59,324 nucleotides of DNA. Origin: Pedococcus sp. (lineage in GTDB: Bacteria; Actinomycetota; Actinomycetes; Actinomycetales; Dermatophilaceae). The translations under genes and the position numbers were made by a program. The stretch is taken from NCBI GenBank assembly GCA_036278335.1, contig DASULG010000350.1:1-59324 (forward strand). The letters run 5' to 3'. Positions 38,454-47,582 of this stretch are shown one piece after another. The notes under the pieces are model-generated. The model was not told where the DNA came from and searched no databases. It saw only the letters and a list, made by a program, of their open reading frames with translations. The stretch's first letter is position 1. Each line of letters opens with the position of its first letter.

Positions 38454-38534
38454 TCAGGCGCAGCAGCAACACCGCATGGCGCACGGGCACATGGGGATCA
38501 TGTGCGGGCGCCTCACAGCGGTGGTCGAAGACAT
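38454..38534 (-). CDS. Poly-cysteine leader peptide MSSTTAVRRPHMIPMCPCAMRCCCCA
   Basis: Manual translation: 6 Cys codons, 4 consecutive, just before TGA; lies upstream of CDO-rhodanese; start could be a later Met. Confidence 0.65.
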   Translation of the reverse strand: MSSTTAVRRPHMIPMCPCAMRCCCCA

Positions 38535-38623
38535 GGCAGCAAGTGCAGCACGGCAGCCCGGCGGGCGTCCACCACGCGCACGGGCTGTCTCGCCCTGCGG
38601 ACCTCGTGCTTCGGCATCGGCTG

Positions 38624-38665
38624 CGGCCGCGGGCGACCGGCCGCGGGTGACCGGGCGGGGGTGAC
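38624..38665. repeat. 14-bp imperfect tandem repeat x3
   Basis: CGGCCGCGGGCGAC / CGGCCGCGGGTGAC / CGGGCGGGGGTGAC. Confidence 0.6.
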
Positions 38666-38684
38666 CGGCCCGGCGGTCGAGGCT

Positions 38685-39182
38685 CTAGAGCTCGCCCCGC
38701 ACGATCCAGCGACAGGCCTGCGCGAAGGAGGCGTCCATGTCGGACGAGAGGCTCACGACCGCGTCGGGGCGGTGGCGGGAACCCGGGTCGATCAGGACGG
38801 CCGTCCACCCGCCCGCCCCCATGGGCGGGCGCATCGTCACGGTGCGCTCGAGCGTGCAGGAGGCGACGACGAAGTCACGGTCACCGGTGACCCCGGTGAC
38901 CTCGCGGACCGCGAAGGCGTGTCCGTCGACGACGTGGGTGCACTGGCTGGCCGCCCTGGAGCGGGCCTGGGCTCGGCCGAGGGCGGCCTGGGTCGCGTTG
39001 GTGCTGGAGAGGGCAAGGACCACCGCAGAGGGTGAGACGGCCCGTGCTCGCTCCACCTCGGCCAGCGCCACGTCGTGGGCCTGGGCCGCCCTGAGCAGCT
39101 CTGCGGCAACGTCCGCCTGCACCTCCGGCCGCGCGCTCGCCACATACCAGTCGTTGTCATAGAGCCGGTCCATCAGCCGCAT
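38685..39182 (-). CDS. Hypothetical protein
   Basis: Natural-looking helical then beta sequence from MRLMDRLYDNDWY; no recognised motif. Confidence 0.55.
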   Translation of the reverse strand: MRLMDRLYDNDWYVASARPEVQADVAAELLRAAQAHDVALAEVERARAVSPSAVVLALSSTNATQAALGRAQARSRAASQCTHVVDGHAFAVREVTGVTGDRDFVVASCTLERTVTMRPPMGAGGWTAVLIDPGSRHRPDAVVSLSSDMDASFAQACRWIVRGEL

Positions 39183-39401
39183 GCGCTGCCACCCCACTGC
39201 CGTCCGCCCGGACGCCCCCGCGCCTCGCCCCGGTGCCCCCGCACCGAGACGACCATGCTCGTGACGGGTGCCGTCCAGGGGATCGGCCCCTTGGTGGAGG
39301 CCGCGTGCCGGGATGCGTGAGGACGGCTGCGAATGACAGCGTTTGCTGTGATGAGCGCCCCGCGGAGAGGTCGCGGAGGAATGCGGTGCGGTCTGGCGGG
39401 G

Positions 39402-40931
39402 TTGTCGCAAGACGTGGCAGCCGAGACAACCCGGACCGAGGTCGGACTGCGCAGCGAGCGGGGCCCGGTGCTCATCGCGGTGATGCTGTGCACGGCCCTG
39501 GTGGCGATCGACGCGACCATCCTCGCCGCCGCAGTGCCGGCGATCGTGACCGACCTGGGCGGCTTCAGCCAGTTCCCGTGGCTGTTCTCGATCTACCTGC
39601 TGGCCCAGGCCGTGTCAGTGCCCATCTACGGCAAGCTCGCCGACGCGCTGGGGCGCAAGCCGGTCATGCTGGTCGGTATTGCGCTGTTCCTTGCGGGATC
39701 GGTGCTCTGCGGTGCCGCGTGGTCGATGCCTCTGCTCATCGCCTCCCGGGCGGTCCAGGGCCTCGGCGCCGGCGCCACCCTGCCGATGTCGATGACCATC
39801 GTCGGCGACATCTACACGGTCGAGGAGCGTGCCCGCGTCCAGGGTTTCATCGCGAGCGTCTGGGGCATGGCCTCGATCGTCGGCCCCACCCTGGGCGGCG
39901 TGTTCTCGCAGTACCTGTCGTGGCGCTGGATCTTCTTCGTCAACCTGCCCGTGGGGGCGCTCGCCGCCTGGATGCTGGTGCGGCACTTCCACGAGCGCGT
40001 CGAGCGCAAGCGCCACAGCATCGACTACGCCGGCGCGGGCCTGCTGACAGCCGGGTGCTCGCTGCTGATCCTGGCGCTGCTCGAGGGCGGCCGCTCGTGG
40101 GCCTGGGGTTCGCCGGTCAGCATCGGCCTGCTCGCGCTCAGCGTGGTTCTGCTGGTGGCGTTCGCGTATGCCGAGCGGCGGGCTGCCGAGCCCATCCTCC
40201 CGATGTGGATGTTCACCCGCCGCGTGCTCGTGGGCGCCAACGCCGTCTCCCTGCTCGTCGGGGCGGTCCTCATCGGCCTGACGTCCTATGTGCCGACCTT
40301 CGCCCAGGGAGTCCTTGGTTTCGGGGCCCTGCTGTCGGGGTTTGCGCTCGCGGCCATGACCATCGGCTGGCCCATCGCCGCCGCGACCGCGGGCCGGATC
40401 TACATGAGGCTCGGCTTCCGCGACACCTCCGTGATCGGCGTGGCCTTCATCGTGCTCGGCTGCCTGCTGATGCTGAGCATCGGCGAGGACAGCAGCCTGT
40501 GGGTCGTCGCGCTCTACACCTTCGTGATCGGGGTCGGGCTCGGGTACACCGCCAGCCCCACGCTGGTCGCGGTGCAGTCGTCCGTCGGCTGGGACCGCCG
40601 TGGGGTCGTGACCGGCACCAACATGTTCGCCCGCTCGGTCGGCAGTGCGGTCGGTGTTGCCATCTTCGGCGCCATCGCGAACGCCTCGCTGACTCGCCAG
40701 TTCCAGCACCCGCCGGCAGGGGCCAGCGGGCGCCTCCCCAAGAGTGCCGACGACGCCTCGGTCGTGCTCGACCCCCACTCAGGGGTCGCGCCGGCCGTGC
40801 GCGACTTCGTGCGCGCTGCGCTGAGCACGGCCACCCACCACGTGTTCGTGGGCCTCGCCGTGCTGGCCGTGCTGATGGTGCTGGCCGTACTCGTGATGCC
40901 GCGGCGCGCGAGCCAGCTCGAGTTCGACTGA
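39402..40931 (+). CDS. MFS drug:H+ antiporter (DHA2, 14 TM)
   Basis: IDATIL, GKLADALGRK motif A, RAVQGLG, GPTLGG, WRWIFFVNLP, AEPILP; start approximate. Confidence 0.9.
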   Translation: MSQDVAAETTRTEVGLRSERGPVLIAVMLCTALVAIDATILAAAVPAIVTDLGGFSQFPWLFSIYLLAQAVSVPIYGKLADALGRKPVMLVGIALFLAGSVLCGAAWSMPLLIASRAVQGLGAGATLPMSMTIVGDIYTVEERARVQGFIASVWGMASIVGPTLGGVFSQYLSWRWIFFVNLPVGALAAWMLVRHFHERVERKRHSIDYAGAGLLTAGCSLLILALLEGGRSWAWGSPVSIGLLALSVVLLVAFAYAERRAAEPILPMWMFTRRVLVGANAVSLLVGAVLIGLTSYVPTFAQGVLGFGALLSGFALAAMTIGWPIAAATAGRIYMRLGFRDTSVIGVAFIVLGCLLMLSIGEDSSLWVVALYTFVIGVGLGYTASPTLVAVQSSVGWDRRGVVTGTNMFARSVGSAVGVAIFGAIANASLTRQFQHPPAGASGRLPKSADDASVVLDPHSGVAPAVRDFVRAALSTATHHVFVGLAVLAVLMVLAVLVMPRRASQLEFD

Positions 40932-40957
40932 CCAGCTCGACTGACCCCCCCGAGCGC

Positions 40958-40990
40958 CCCCGAGGACGCCCCGAGGACGCCCCGAGGACC
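40958..40990. repeat. 11-bp tandem repeat x3
   Basis: CCCCGAGGACG x2 + CCCCGAGGACC downstream of the MFS gene. Confidence 0.7.
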
Positions 40991-41063
40991 CTCCCGGCGA
41001 ACGGGTCGAACCGGCGTCGCCAACCACGCGGCGCTCCCCACGGGGCCCGCGTAGGGTCTGGGC

Positions 41064-41627
41064 ATGGGCCAACAGGCAGAGCGGGTCACGTACGTTCTCA
41101 TTGACGGCGAGAACGTCGACGCGACGCTGGGCACCTCGATCCTCTCGCGGCGCCCGCAGCCTGAGGAGCGTCCGCGGTGGGACCGCCTCCTGCAGTTCGC
41201 CGAGGAGCAGTGGGGTCAGCCCGCCCGAGGCCTGTTCTTCCTCGCCGCCAACAACGACCTCCCCATGCCCTTCATCCAGGCGCTTCTCGCGCTCGGCTAC
41301 CAACCGATCCCGCTGTCGGGGGGTCCTCAGCAGAAGGTCGTCGACCTCGCCATCCAGCGCACCATCGTCGAGATCCAGAAGCGTTCCAGCGACGTCATGC
41401 TCGTCAGCCACGACGGGGACTTCCTCCCGCAGCTGGAGGGCCTGCTCGACGGACGCCGCGTGGGACTCGTGGCCTTCGAGGAGTTCCGCAACGCCGGCTT
41501 CCTGAGGCTGACCGGCAGGGGCCTGGAGTTCTTCGACCTCGAGTACGACGTCAAGGCCTTCACGGTGAGGCTTCCACGGGTCCGCATCATCCCGATCGAC
41601 GAGTTCAACCCTGCCGACTTCCTCTGA
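41064..41627 (+). CDS. NYN (PIN-like) domain protein
   Basis: LIDGENVD, KVVD, VSHDGDF acidic motifs; TAGGGT 6 nt upstream. Confidence 0.85.
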   Translation: MGQQAERVTYVLIDGENVDATLGTSILSRRPQPEERPRWDRLLQFAEEQWGQPARGLFFLAANNDLPMPFIQALLALGYQPIPLSGGPQQKVVDLAIQRTIVEIQKRSSDVMLVSHDGDFLPQLEGLLDGRRVGLVAFEEFRNAGFLRLTGRGLEFFDLEYDVKAFTVRLPRVRIIPIDEFNPADFL

Positions 41628-41658
41628 GTGGCGGGGGCGGCGGCGCCGCTGACCTCAG

Positions 41659-42954
41659 CTAGACCACGCGGGGGCTGGTGGCGACGTCGCTGGCGGCGTG
41701 CTGCCGGCGGGCGAGCCAGACGAACGGCAGGGACAGCGCCGACAGCGCCGCACCGGCGACGTACGACGGCCCATACCCCCAGACGTCGGCGACCCGGCCG
41801 AGGGCCGGCTGGGCGCCCACGCCACCGAGCGAGGACATCATCGAGTCCAGCGAGAGCACGGTCGCCCGCTGCTGCGAGGGGATCAGCCCGTTGAGGTAGC
41901 TCTGGCGGATGGGCAGTGCTGCGGCATAGAGCAGGCCCCACACCACGATGAGCCCCAGCACGGCCCAGAAGCTGGGGATCACCCCGATGAGGGTCAGCGT
42001 GGCGACCTCGAGAGCACCCGTGGTGAGCAGCGCGCTGGTCCGCCGGTGGAACAGGCGCCGGATGAGGGGCGCCGCGAAGCCCCCCACGATCTGCGCGCCG
42101 GCGACGATCGCGGCGACGAGACCGGCGACCTGGTAGGCGTGAGGGTCGCCGTAGAGCTGGAGGAGGTAGGGCTGGAGGGCGTAGAACGCGTAGATGGTGA
42201 CCCCGCCGGTGAAGGCGGACTGCACCATGAGGTAGCGCACCGGCGGCACCTGCCACCCGTACTGGGCCGAGGCCGCGACGATGGTGCGCATCTCGGTGGC
42301 CATTCCTCGGCCCCGCACCGGGGTGAACCCGATGTCGTGCATGAGCCGGAAGGCGCCGACGAACAGCGCCAGCAGGATGACGCCGCGCAGCACGAACGGG
42401 ACGCCGAGGTTGGTGCGGTCGGCGATGAAGCCGCCTGCCGCCGAGCCGCCGAGCATCGCCGCTCCGGTGACGACCTGGGCCCGGCCGAACACGGCGTCGA
42501 GCTCCCCTTGGAAGCCCACCGCGGTCAGCGCGTCGACAAGCCACGCCTCGACCGCCCCGGAGAAGAAGGTGAACCCGAGGCCGATGAGCACCGACACCAC
42601 CGCCCACTGCCAGAAGGGCGCGTGCAGCCGCCAGAGGAGCACGTACAACAGGGTGGACATGCTCAGGGTGACCGTGCCGAGCAGGTAGGAGCGACGGCGC
42701 CCGGCGGTGTCGGCGACCACGCCTGTGGGCACCTCGAACAGGACCATGCCCGCCGTGAAGAAGGCGTTGGCGGCAAAGGCCTCCAGGTTCGTCAGGCCGG
42801 CGTCGAGCAGGAAGATCGTGTTGATGCCCCAGATGAGCGAGGCTGCCAGGGTGTTGCCGAAGAGGAGCACGAGGTAGGTGCGCTGGACCGCTCGCGGGGA
42901 CGGCAGGGCGCCCCCCTGACTTGCCTGCCCACTACTGGCTTCGGCGTCTTGCAC
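41659..42954 (-). CDS. MFS transporter
   Basis: FEVPTGVVADTAGRRRS motif A, FFSGAVEAW, RATVLS; start approximate. Confidence 0.88.
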   Translation of the reverse strand: MQDAEASSGQASQGGALPSPRAVQRTYLVLLFGNTLAASLIWGINTIFLLDAGLTNLEAFAANAFFTAGMVLFEVPTGVVADTAGRRRSYLLGTVTLSMSTLLYVLLWRLHAPFWQWAVVSVLIGLGFTFFSGAVEAWLVDALTAVGFQGELDAVFGRAQVVTGAAMLGGSAAGGFIADRTNLGVPFVLRGVILLALFVGAFRLMHDIGFTPVRGRGMATEMRTIVAASAQYGWQVPPVRYLMVQSAFTGGVTIYAFYALQPYLLQLYGDPHAYQVAGLVAAIVAGAQIVGGFAAPLIRRLFHRRTSALLTTGALEVATLTLIGVIPSFWAVLGLIVVWGLLYAAALPIRQSYLNGLIPSQQRATVLSLDSMMSSLGGVGAQPALGRVADVWGYGPSYVAGAALSALSLPFVWLARRQHAASDVATSPRVV

Positions 42955-43165
42955 AGTCGGGCCCGCCTTTGCTGCCCTGGTTGCCTCGTTGGTCTCAGAG
43001 GGCCACGAGGTTGGCCGCGGCGTCAAGAGCGAACGGGATGGGGTCGATGATCTCGAAGCCTCGAGCCGGTCGAAACCTGGTTCGTTCGGGCGGTGGCGTG
43101 TCGCCTCCAGCAGGCGCAAACTGATGGAGGGTCCACACCGCCTCCACCGACCCGTGGGAGTCACC

Positions 43166-43879
43166 ATGTCGCGACGCGCCACCCTTTCCCCGGACATCGT
43201 TCCCGTGCTCTCGACCGGCCGACATCGCTCACCTCGCAAGGGCGCCTGCTTCATGGAGATGGCGTCCTACCTCGCGGGCGAGCGGTGGAGCGACCACCCG
43301 AAGTGCACTCATCCGCTGCTGGCCGGTCTTGCCCGCCAGATCAATGACACGGTGCCCGACTCGGTGCGCGCCAGGCTCGCCCCGATGATCCCCTCGGTCA
43401 TCGGGCTGACCAGCGAGGACGTCCGCGTCGACGCCACGCTGGCGCTGCACTGTGCCATCACGGCGCTGCCGATCGCGTCGGCGTCCCGGCAGAACGTGCT
43501 CGCGCTCGGCGTGCTCTCCTGCGAGCGGGTGCTCGCGGAGCTCGACGCTCGCCCGGTCGACAGCATGACGCCGGTCTCGCGCGCCGCGCTCGACCAGGTG
43601 CCGGCGGCCGAGCAGTGGGCCCGTGACTTCCGGGCCGACCTGCCGCTGACCACCCGGGCCTTCCGGCGCCAGACCGCACCCCATCTCGTCGCCCTCTCGG
43701 TCGAGGGGATCTCCGAGGCCTGCACGGACGACCCGAACGGCGTGCTGGTCGACCTCCTCGGGGAGTGCATCGCGATGACGGCAGAGCTGACCGACGCCCG
43801 GTCCGCGCCGCCGGTGCAGGTCTCCTGGGCAGAGCCGGTCGAGAGCCCGGTGGAGAGTCCGGTGGCGGCGGAGAGCTGA
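43166..43879 (+). CDS. Conserved hypothetical protein with Cys/His-rich N-terminal motif
   Basis: LSTGRH...GACFMEMASYLAGERWSDHPKCTHP...ND; GGGAG RBS. Confidence 0.7.
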   Translation: MSRRATLSPDIVPVLSTGRHRSPRKGACFMEMASYLAGERWSDHPKCTHPLLAGLARQINDTVPDSVRARLAPMIPSVIGLTSEDVRVDATLALHCAITALPIASASRQNVLALGVLSCERVLAELDARPVDSMTPVSRAALDQVPAAEQWARDFRADLPLTTRAFRRQTAPHLVALSVEGISEACTDDPNGVLVDLLGECIAMTAELTDARSAPPVQVSWAEPVESPVESPVAAES

Positions 43880-43944
43880 CAGCGGTCGCCCTCGGGCTCC
43901 TGCCTCAGCGCCCGGTCGGCGCCACGCCCGTCTTGAGCGTGCCC

Positions 43945-43983
43945 GGGCACCGTGCTCCACGGCATCCGAGGAGCACGGTGCCC
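43945..43983. terminator. Bidirectional hairpin between convergent genes
   Basis: Perfect 14-bp inverted repeat GGGCACCGTGCTCC / GGAGCACGGTGCCC. Confidence 0.75.
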
Positions 43984-44006
43984 TGAGCGCGCCCGAGGAC
44001 GGAGGA

Positions 44007-45092
44007 CTAGAGCGGCCCCATCCCGAGGACCCCGCGTAAGGCGTTCTCGACCCTGTCCGAGCGGTCGTGGCTGCCCATGCTCCCGGTGACGAAGCCGTAG
44101 GCGTAGGGGGCGCTGGTGCAGGCCCAGCCGACGCTGCCGCCGGTCCCGCCCATGCCGAAGCCCTCGTCCTCGACGCCGAAGCCCAGCCCCCAGCATCGGC
44201 GGCTCCCGCCCATGACCTCGTCGACGCCGCACGCCTGCTCCGCTGCCGCCTCCGTGAGCAGTCCCGGGCTGAGGACTTGACCCCGGAGGAGCTCCGCATA
44301 GAGGCCCGCGACGGCGCGCGCGGTGCCGTGGCCGTTGATGGCGGGGATCTCGGCACGGCGGAAGGCCTCGCTGTTGACGACCGCGCTGTCGAGCGCTCCC
44401 GGTGGGTTGAACAGCGCCCTCCGCAGCAGCTCAGATCGCCCGGGAGCCCCGGGCCGCCAGGCCGGGTCGTCGAGGCCGGTCAGGTCCACGGCCCGTGCCA
44501 GCCCGGCCGTGTCCAGGCCGATGGTGAAGTCCAGACCGCCCGGACCGCAGACCTCCTCGCGCAGGAAGGAGCCCAGGGTCCGGCCGTCGACCCGGCGCAC
44601 CAGCTCGCCGACGAGGTGGCCGTAGAAGAGGGCGCTCTCCCCGATGGCTGTCCCGGAGGGCCACAACGGCTGCTCGGTGGCCAGCCGCGCGCACAGCCCG
44701 TCCCAGTCATAGAGGAGGGAGGCAGGCGCCGGGTCCGACAGCGCCACCAGGCCGACCTGGTGCGAGAGGAGCTGGCGCACGCTGGCCTCGGCACTCAGCT
44801 CCGGCCAGTACCGCTGCACCGGCGCATCGAGCTCGAGGCGGCCGCGGTCCACGAGCACGAGGGCGCACACGGCGACGAACGGCTTGGTCACCGAGTACGG
44901 CATGACGACGCTGTCGCGGTCCCAGGCCCGAGTCCGGGCCGCATCGGCGAACCCGCCCCAGAGGTCGACGACCCATCGGCCGTCCTGCCACGCGGCGACG
45001 GCGGCCCCGGTGCCCGGCTGGGCGGCCACCACCTCGGCGAAGGCGTCGCGCACCGCCTCGAAGCCTGGCGCCACCTCGCCATGGACGGTCAT
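44007..45092 (-). CDS. Serine hydrolase (beta-lactamase-fold, family VIII esterase-like)
   Basis: VVDLWGG, SVTK (SxxK), LLSHQ, IPAINGHGTARAVA; the usual Tyr motif reads GES and may be altered. Confidence 0.85.
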   Translation of the reverse strand: MTVHGEVAPGFEAVRDAFAEVVAAQPGTGAAVAAWQDGRWVVDLWGGFADAARTRAWDRDSVVMPYSVTKPFVAVCALVLVDRGRLELDAPVQRYWPELSAEASVRQLLSHQVGLVALSDPAPASLLYDWDGLCARLATEQPLWPSGTAIGESALFYGHLVGELVRRVDGRTLGSFLREEVCGPGGLDFTIGLDTAGLARAVDLTGLDDPAWRPGAPGRSELLRRALFNPPGALDSAVVNSEAFRRAEIPAINGHGTARAVAGLYAELLRGQVLSPGLLTEAAAEQACGVDEVMGGSRRCWGLGFGVEDEGFGMGGTGGSVGWACTSAPYAYGFVTGSMGSHDRSDRVENALRGVLGMGPL

Positions 45093-45204
45093 GGGTCCCA
45101 GCATGCCGCGCGACGCGAGGGCCGCAGTGCCGTTCGCGGCAGCTCCCGGCCAGGTGGCGAGCCCTCAGCCGCGTGGCAAGCCCTCAGCCAGGAGCGGAAC
45201 GCGC

Positions 45205-45672
45205 TCAGCGCGGCTGGCGCCTCAGGAGCGGTGGCAGGTATGCCGCCCCGGGCGCGGCGGCGGTCAGCGCGGCCTTGTCCGCGGGGTTGGAGATGCCGCA
45301 CTGCTTCAGGCTCAGACAGCCGCAGCCGATGCAGGAGTCCAGGCGGTCGCGCAGCGCCTCCAGCGCGGCCATCTGCTCGTCGAGACGCCGCCTCCAGTGC
45401 GCCGAGATGCGGGCCCAGTCGGCCTTGGTCGGCGTGCGGTTCTCCGGCAGCCGTCCCAGCTCCTCGCGAACCTCCTCGAGGGAGAGGCCAACGTTGGAGG
45501 CGGCCCGGATAAAGGCCAGCCGCCGCAGCACCGAGCGGGTGTAGCGCCGCTGGCCGCCGCTGGTGCGCGTCGCGTGGATGAGCCCCTCGCGCTCGTAGTA
45601 CCTGAGGGCCGAGGCGGCGAAGCCGCTGCGGTGAGCGACCTCCGAGACGGTCAGCACGTCGTGCGTGTCCAT
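45205..45672 (-). CDS. soxR: Redox-sensitive transcriptional activator SoxR
   Basis: MerR HTH (SALRYYE, GQRRY) and [2Fe-2S] motif CIGCGCLSLKQC. Confidence 0.95.
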   Translation of the reverse strand: MDTHDVLTVSEVAHRSGFAASALRYYEREGLIHATRTSGGQRRYTRSVLRRLAFIRAASNVGLSLEEVREELGRLPENRTPTKADWARISAHWRRRLDEQMAALEALRDRLDSCIGCGCLSLKQCGISNPADKAALTAAAPGAAYLPPLLRRQPR

Positions 45673-45685
45673 GACATCCCTGCTC

Positions 45686-45716
45686 TTGACTTCAAGTTGA
45701 CTTCAACTTCAAGGAT
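45686..45716 (+). promoter_or_regulatory. SoxR-type promoter with sox box
   Basis: -35 TTGACT, 19-bp spacer containing TCAAGTTGACTTCAA dyad, -10-like AAGGAT; MerR-type long spacing. Confidence 0.75.
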
Positions 45717-45747
45717 GCCGGTATACGCACAGACACGCAATGGAGGA

Positions 45748-46494
45748 ATGATGCCGACAGCCCTTGTCACCGGCGGTTCCGCGGGCCTCGGCCGCGCGCT
45801 CGCCGCGTCCCTCGCCCGGGACGGCTGGCAGGTCTTCATCGATGGCCGCGACGCCGACCGGCTGACCGCAGCCGCCCGGGAGACCGGCGCCCACGCCATC
45901 GCCGGGGACGTGTGCGACCCGTCGCACCGCGAGCAGCTCGTCCGCGCGGTGGCCGACACCGGGCGCCTCGACCTGCTGGTCAACAACGCCAGCACGCTGG
46001 GGCCCACCCCCCTGCCCACCGTCGCCGCCCTGAGCCCCGAGGCCCTCGACGACCTCTGGCTCACCAACGTCGCGGCGCCGTTGGCGCTCGCCCAGTCCCT
46101 GCTCCCGCTGCTGCGCGACAGCGAGGGGGCCCTCGTGAGCATCTCTTCGGACGCGGCCGTCGAGCACTACGAGGGGTGGGGCGGCTACGGCGCCACCAAG
46201 GCGGCCCTGGACCACCTCACCCTGACCCTCGCGGCGGAGAACCCGGGCGTGGCCGTCTACGCCGTCGACCCCGGGGACATGCGCACGTCGATGCACCAGG
46301 CGGCGTTCCCGGGGGAGGACATCAGCGACCGGCCCCTGCCGGAGACGGTCGTCCCGCGCCTGCGGGCGCTCCTCGAGCAGCGCCCGGCGAGTGGTCGCTA
46401 CCGCGCCGCGGACTTTGCGGAGCACGGAGCGTCTGGGGTGTCTGGCGGGTCTGGCGGGTCTGGCGGGTCTGGGGCGCAGGAGGCCGCGTCGTGA
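45748..46494 (+). CDS. Short-chain dehydrogenase/reductase
   Basis: TGGSAGLG, NNAS, ISS, YGATK, PGDMRT; GGAGG RBS. Confidence 0.92.
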   Translation: MMPTALVTGGSAGLGRALAASLARDGWQVFIDGRDADRLTAAARETGAHAIAGDVCDPSHREQLVRAVADTGRLDLLVNNASTLGPTPLPTVAALSPEALDDLWLTNVAAPLALAQSLLPLLRDSEGALVSISSDAAVEHYEGWGGYGATKAALDHLTLTLAAENPGVAVYAVDPGDMRTSMHQAAFPGEDISDRPLPETVVPRLRALLEQRPASGRYRAADFAEHGASGVSGGSGGSGGSGAQEAAS

Positions 46495-47558
46495 CCGCAC
46501 TCGGGGCAACGCCGCGGACCCGCTTTGCGAGCCCGGACGACCTCACGGCCGCAGAGCCCCCGGAGGAGCGCGGGCTCCCCCGCGACGGGGTGCGGATGCT
46601 CGTGGCCACGCCGCAGGGAGTGGCGCACGCCCGCTTCCGCGACCTCCCGGCATACCTCTCGCCCGGGGACCTGCTGGTGGTGAACACCTCGGCGACCCTG
46701 GCGGCGGAGTTCGACGGCACGCGCGCCGGCCTCGGGCCGGTGGTCGTGCACGCGGCTGCGCGGCTGGATGACGGCACCTGGGTCGTGGAGCTGCGCACCG
46801 CGCCGGATGCGGCACGACCCGTGCTCGACGCCGCTGCGGGTGAGCGGATCGTGCTCCCGGGCGGGTCGGCGCTCGAGCTGCTCAAGCCGTACCCGCGGCC
46901 GGAGTCCTCCCCGACGGGGCGCGGAAACCGGCTGTGGCGGGCCGAGGCGTCCGGTCCACGCTGCCTGTCGCAGCACCTGCTGCGGCACGGGCGCCCGATC
47001 GCCTACGGGTACCTGTCGCACCGCTACCCCCTGTCGGCCTACCAGACGGTCTTCGCCAGCCGTCCCGGCAGCGCGGAGATGCCCAGCGCCGCAAGGCCGT
47101 TCACTCCAGAGCTCGTGACGACCCTGATCGCGACGGGCGTGGGCATCGCGACGCTCACGCTGCACACCGGCGTCTCCTCGCAGGACGCCGGCGAGGCACC
47201 GCAGCCGGAGCGCTTCGAGGTGCCCGCGCTCACCGCGCGGCTGGTCAACGCCACGCGCGCCGAGGGCGGCCGGGTCGTCGCCGTCGGGACCACCACCACC
47301 CGGGCCCTCGAGTCGGCCGTCGGGGCGGACGGCCTGCTCCACGGTGCCTCGGGCTGGACCGAGCGCGTCATCTCGCCACGGGACCCTGCGCGGGTGGTCG
47401 ACGGCCTCATCACCGGCTGGCACAACCCGGAGGCCTCGCACCTGCTGCTCGTGGAGTCGGTCGCCGGCGCGGCACTGACCCAGCGCGCCTACGACGCAGC
47501 GCTGGAGCGGGGTTACCTCTGGCACGAGTTCGGTGACTCGGCCCTCCTGCTGCCGTGA
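46491..47558 (+). CDS. QueA-like protein (SAM:tRNA ribosyltransferase-isomerase fold, divergent subfamily)
   Basis: GDLLVVNTS, YQTVFA, GSAEMPSA, LHTG, AVGTT, EFGDS; GTGA-coupled to SDR. Confidence 0.8.
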   Translation: MTALGATPRTRFASPDDLTAAEPPEERGLPRDGVRMLVATPQGVAHARFRDLPAYLSPGDLLVVNTSATLAAEFDGTRAGLGPVVVHAAARLDDGTWVVELRTAPDAARPVLDAAAGERIVLPGGSALELLKPYPRPESSPTGRGNRLWRAEASGPRCLSQHLLRHGRPIAYGYLSHRYPLSAYQTVFASRPGSAEMPSAARPFTPELVTTLIATGVGIATLTLHTGVSSQDAGEAPQPERFEVPALTARLVNATRAEGGRVVAVGTTTTRALESAVGADGLLHGASGWTERVISPRDPARVVDGLITGWHNPEASHLLLVESVAGAALTQRAYDAALERGYLWHEFGDSALLLP

Positions 47559-47582
47559 GGGCCCGGGCCTACCATCGAGAGC

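Noticed and set aside
38167-38808. 213-aa ORF with CCTCC as a real protein
   Set aside because: Arg/Pro-rich low-information sequence overlapping two genes; only the RBS-preceded part from 38391 is plausible; CCTCC lacks a convincing nearby start
19450-40990. Short tandem repeats (19450, 38624, 40958) as a CRISPR array
   Set aside because: Units are adjacent with no unique spacers, at most 3 copies, and no cas genes
44007-45092. Beta-lactamase resistance gene
   Set aside because: The fold is shared with family VIII esterases; no signal peptide or KTG motif
46491-47558. Canonical queA gene symbol
   Set aside because: Signature motifs diverge and the context lacks tgt and other queuosine genes
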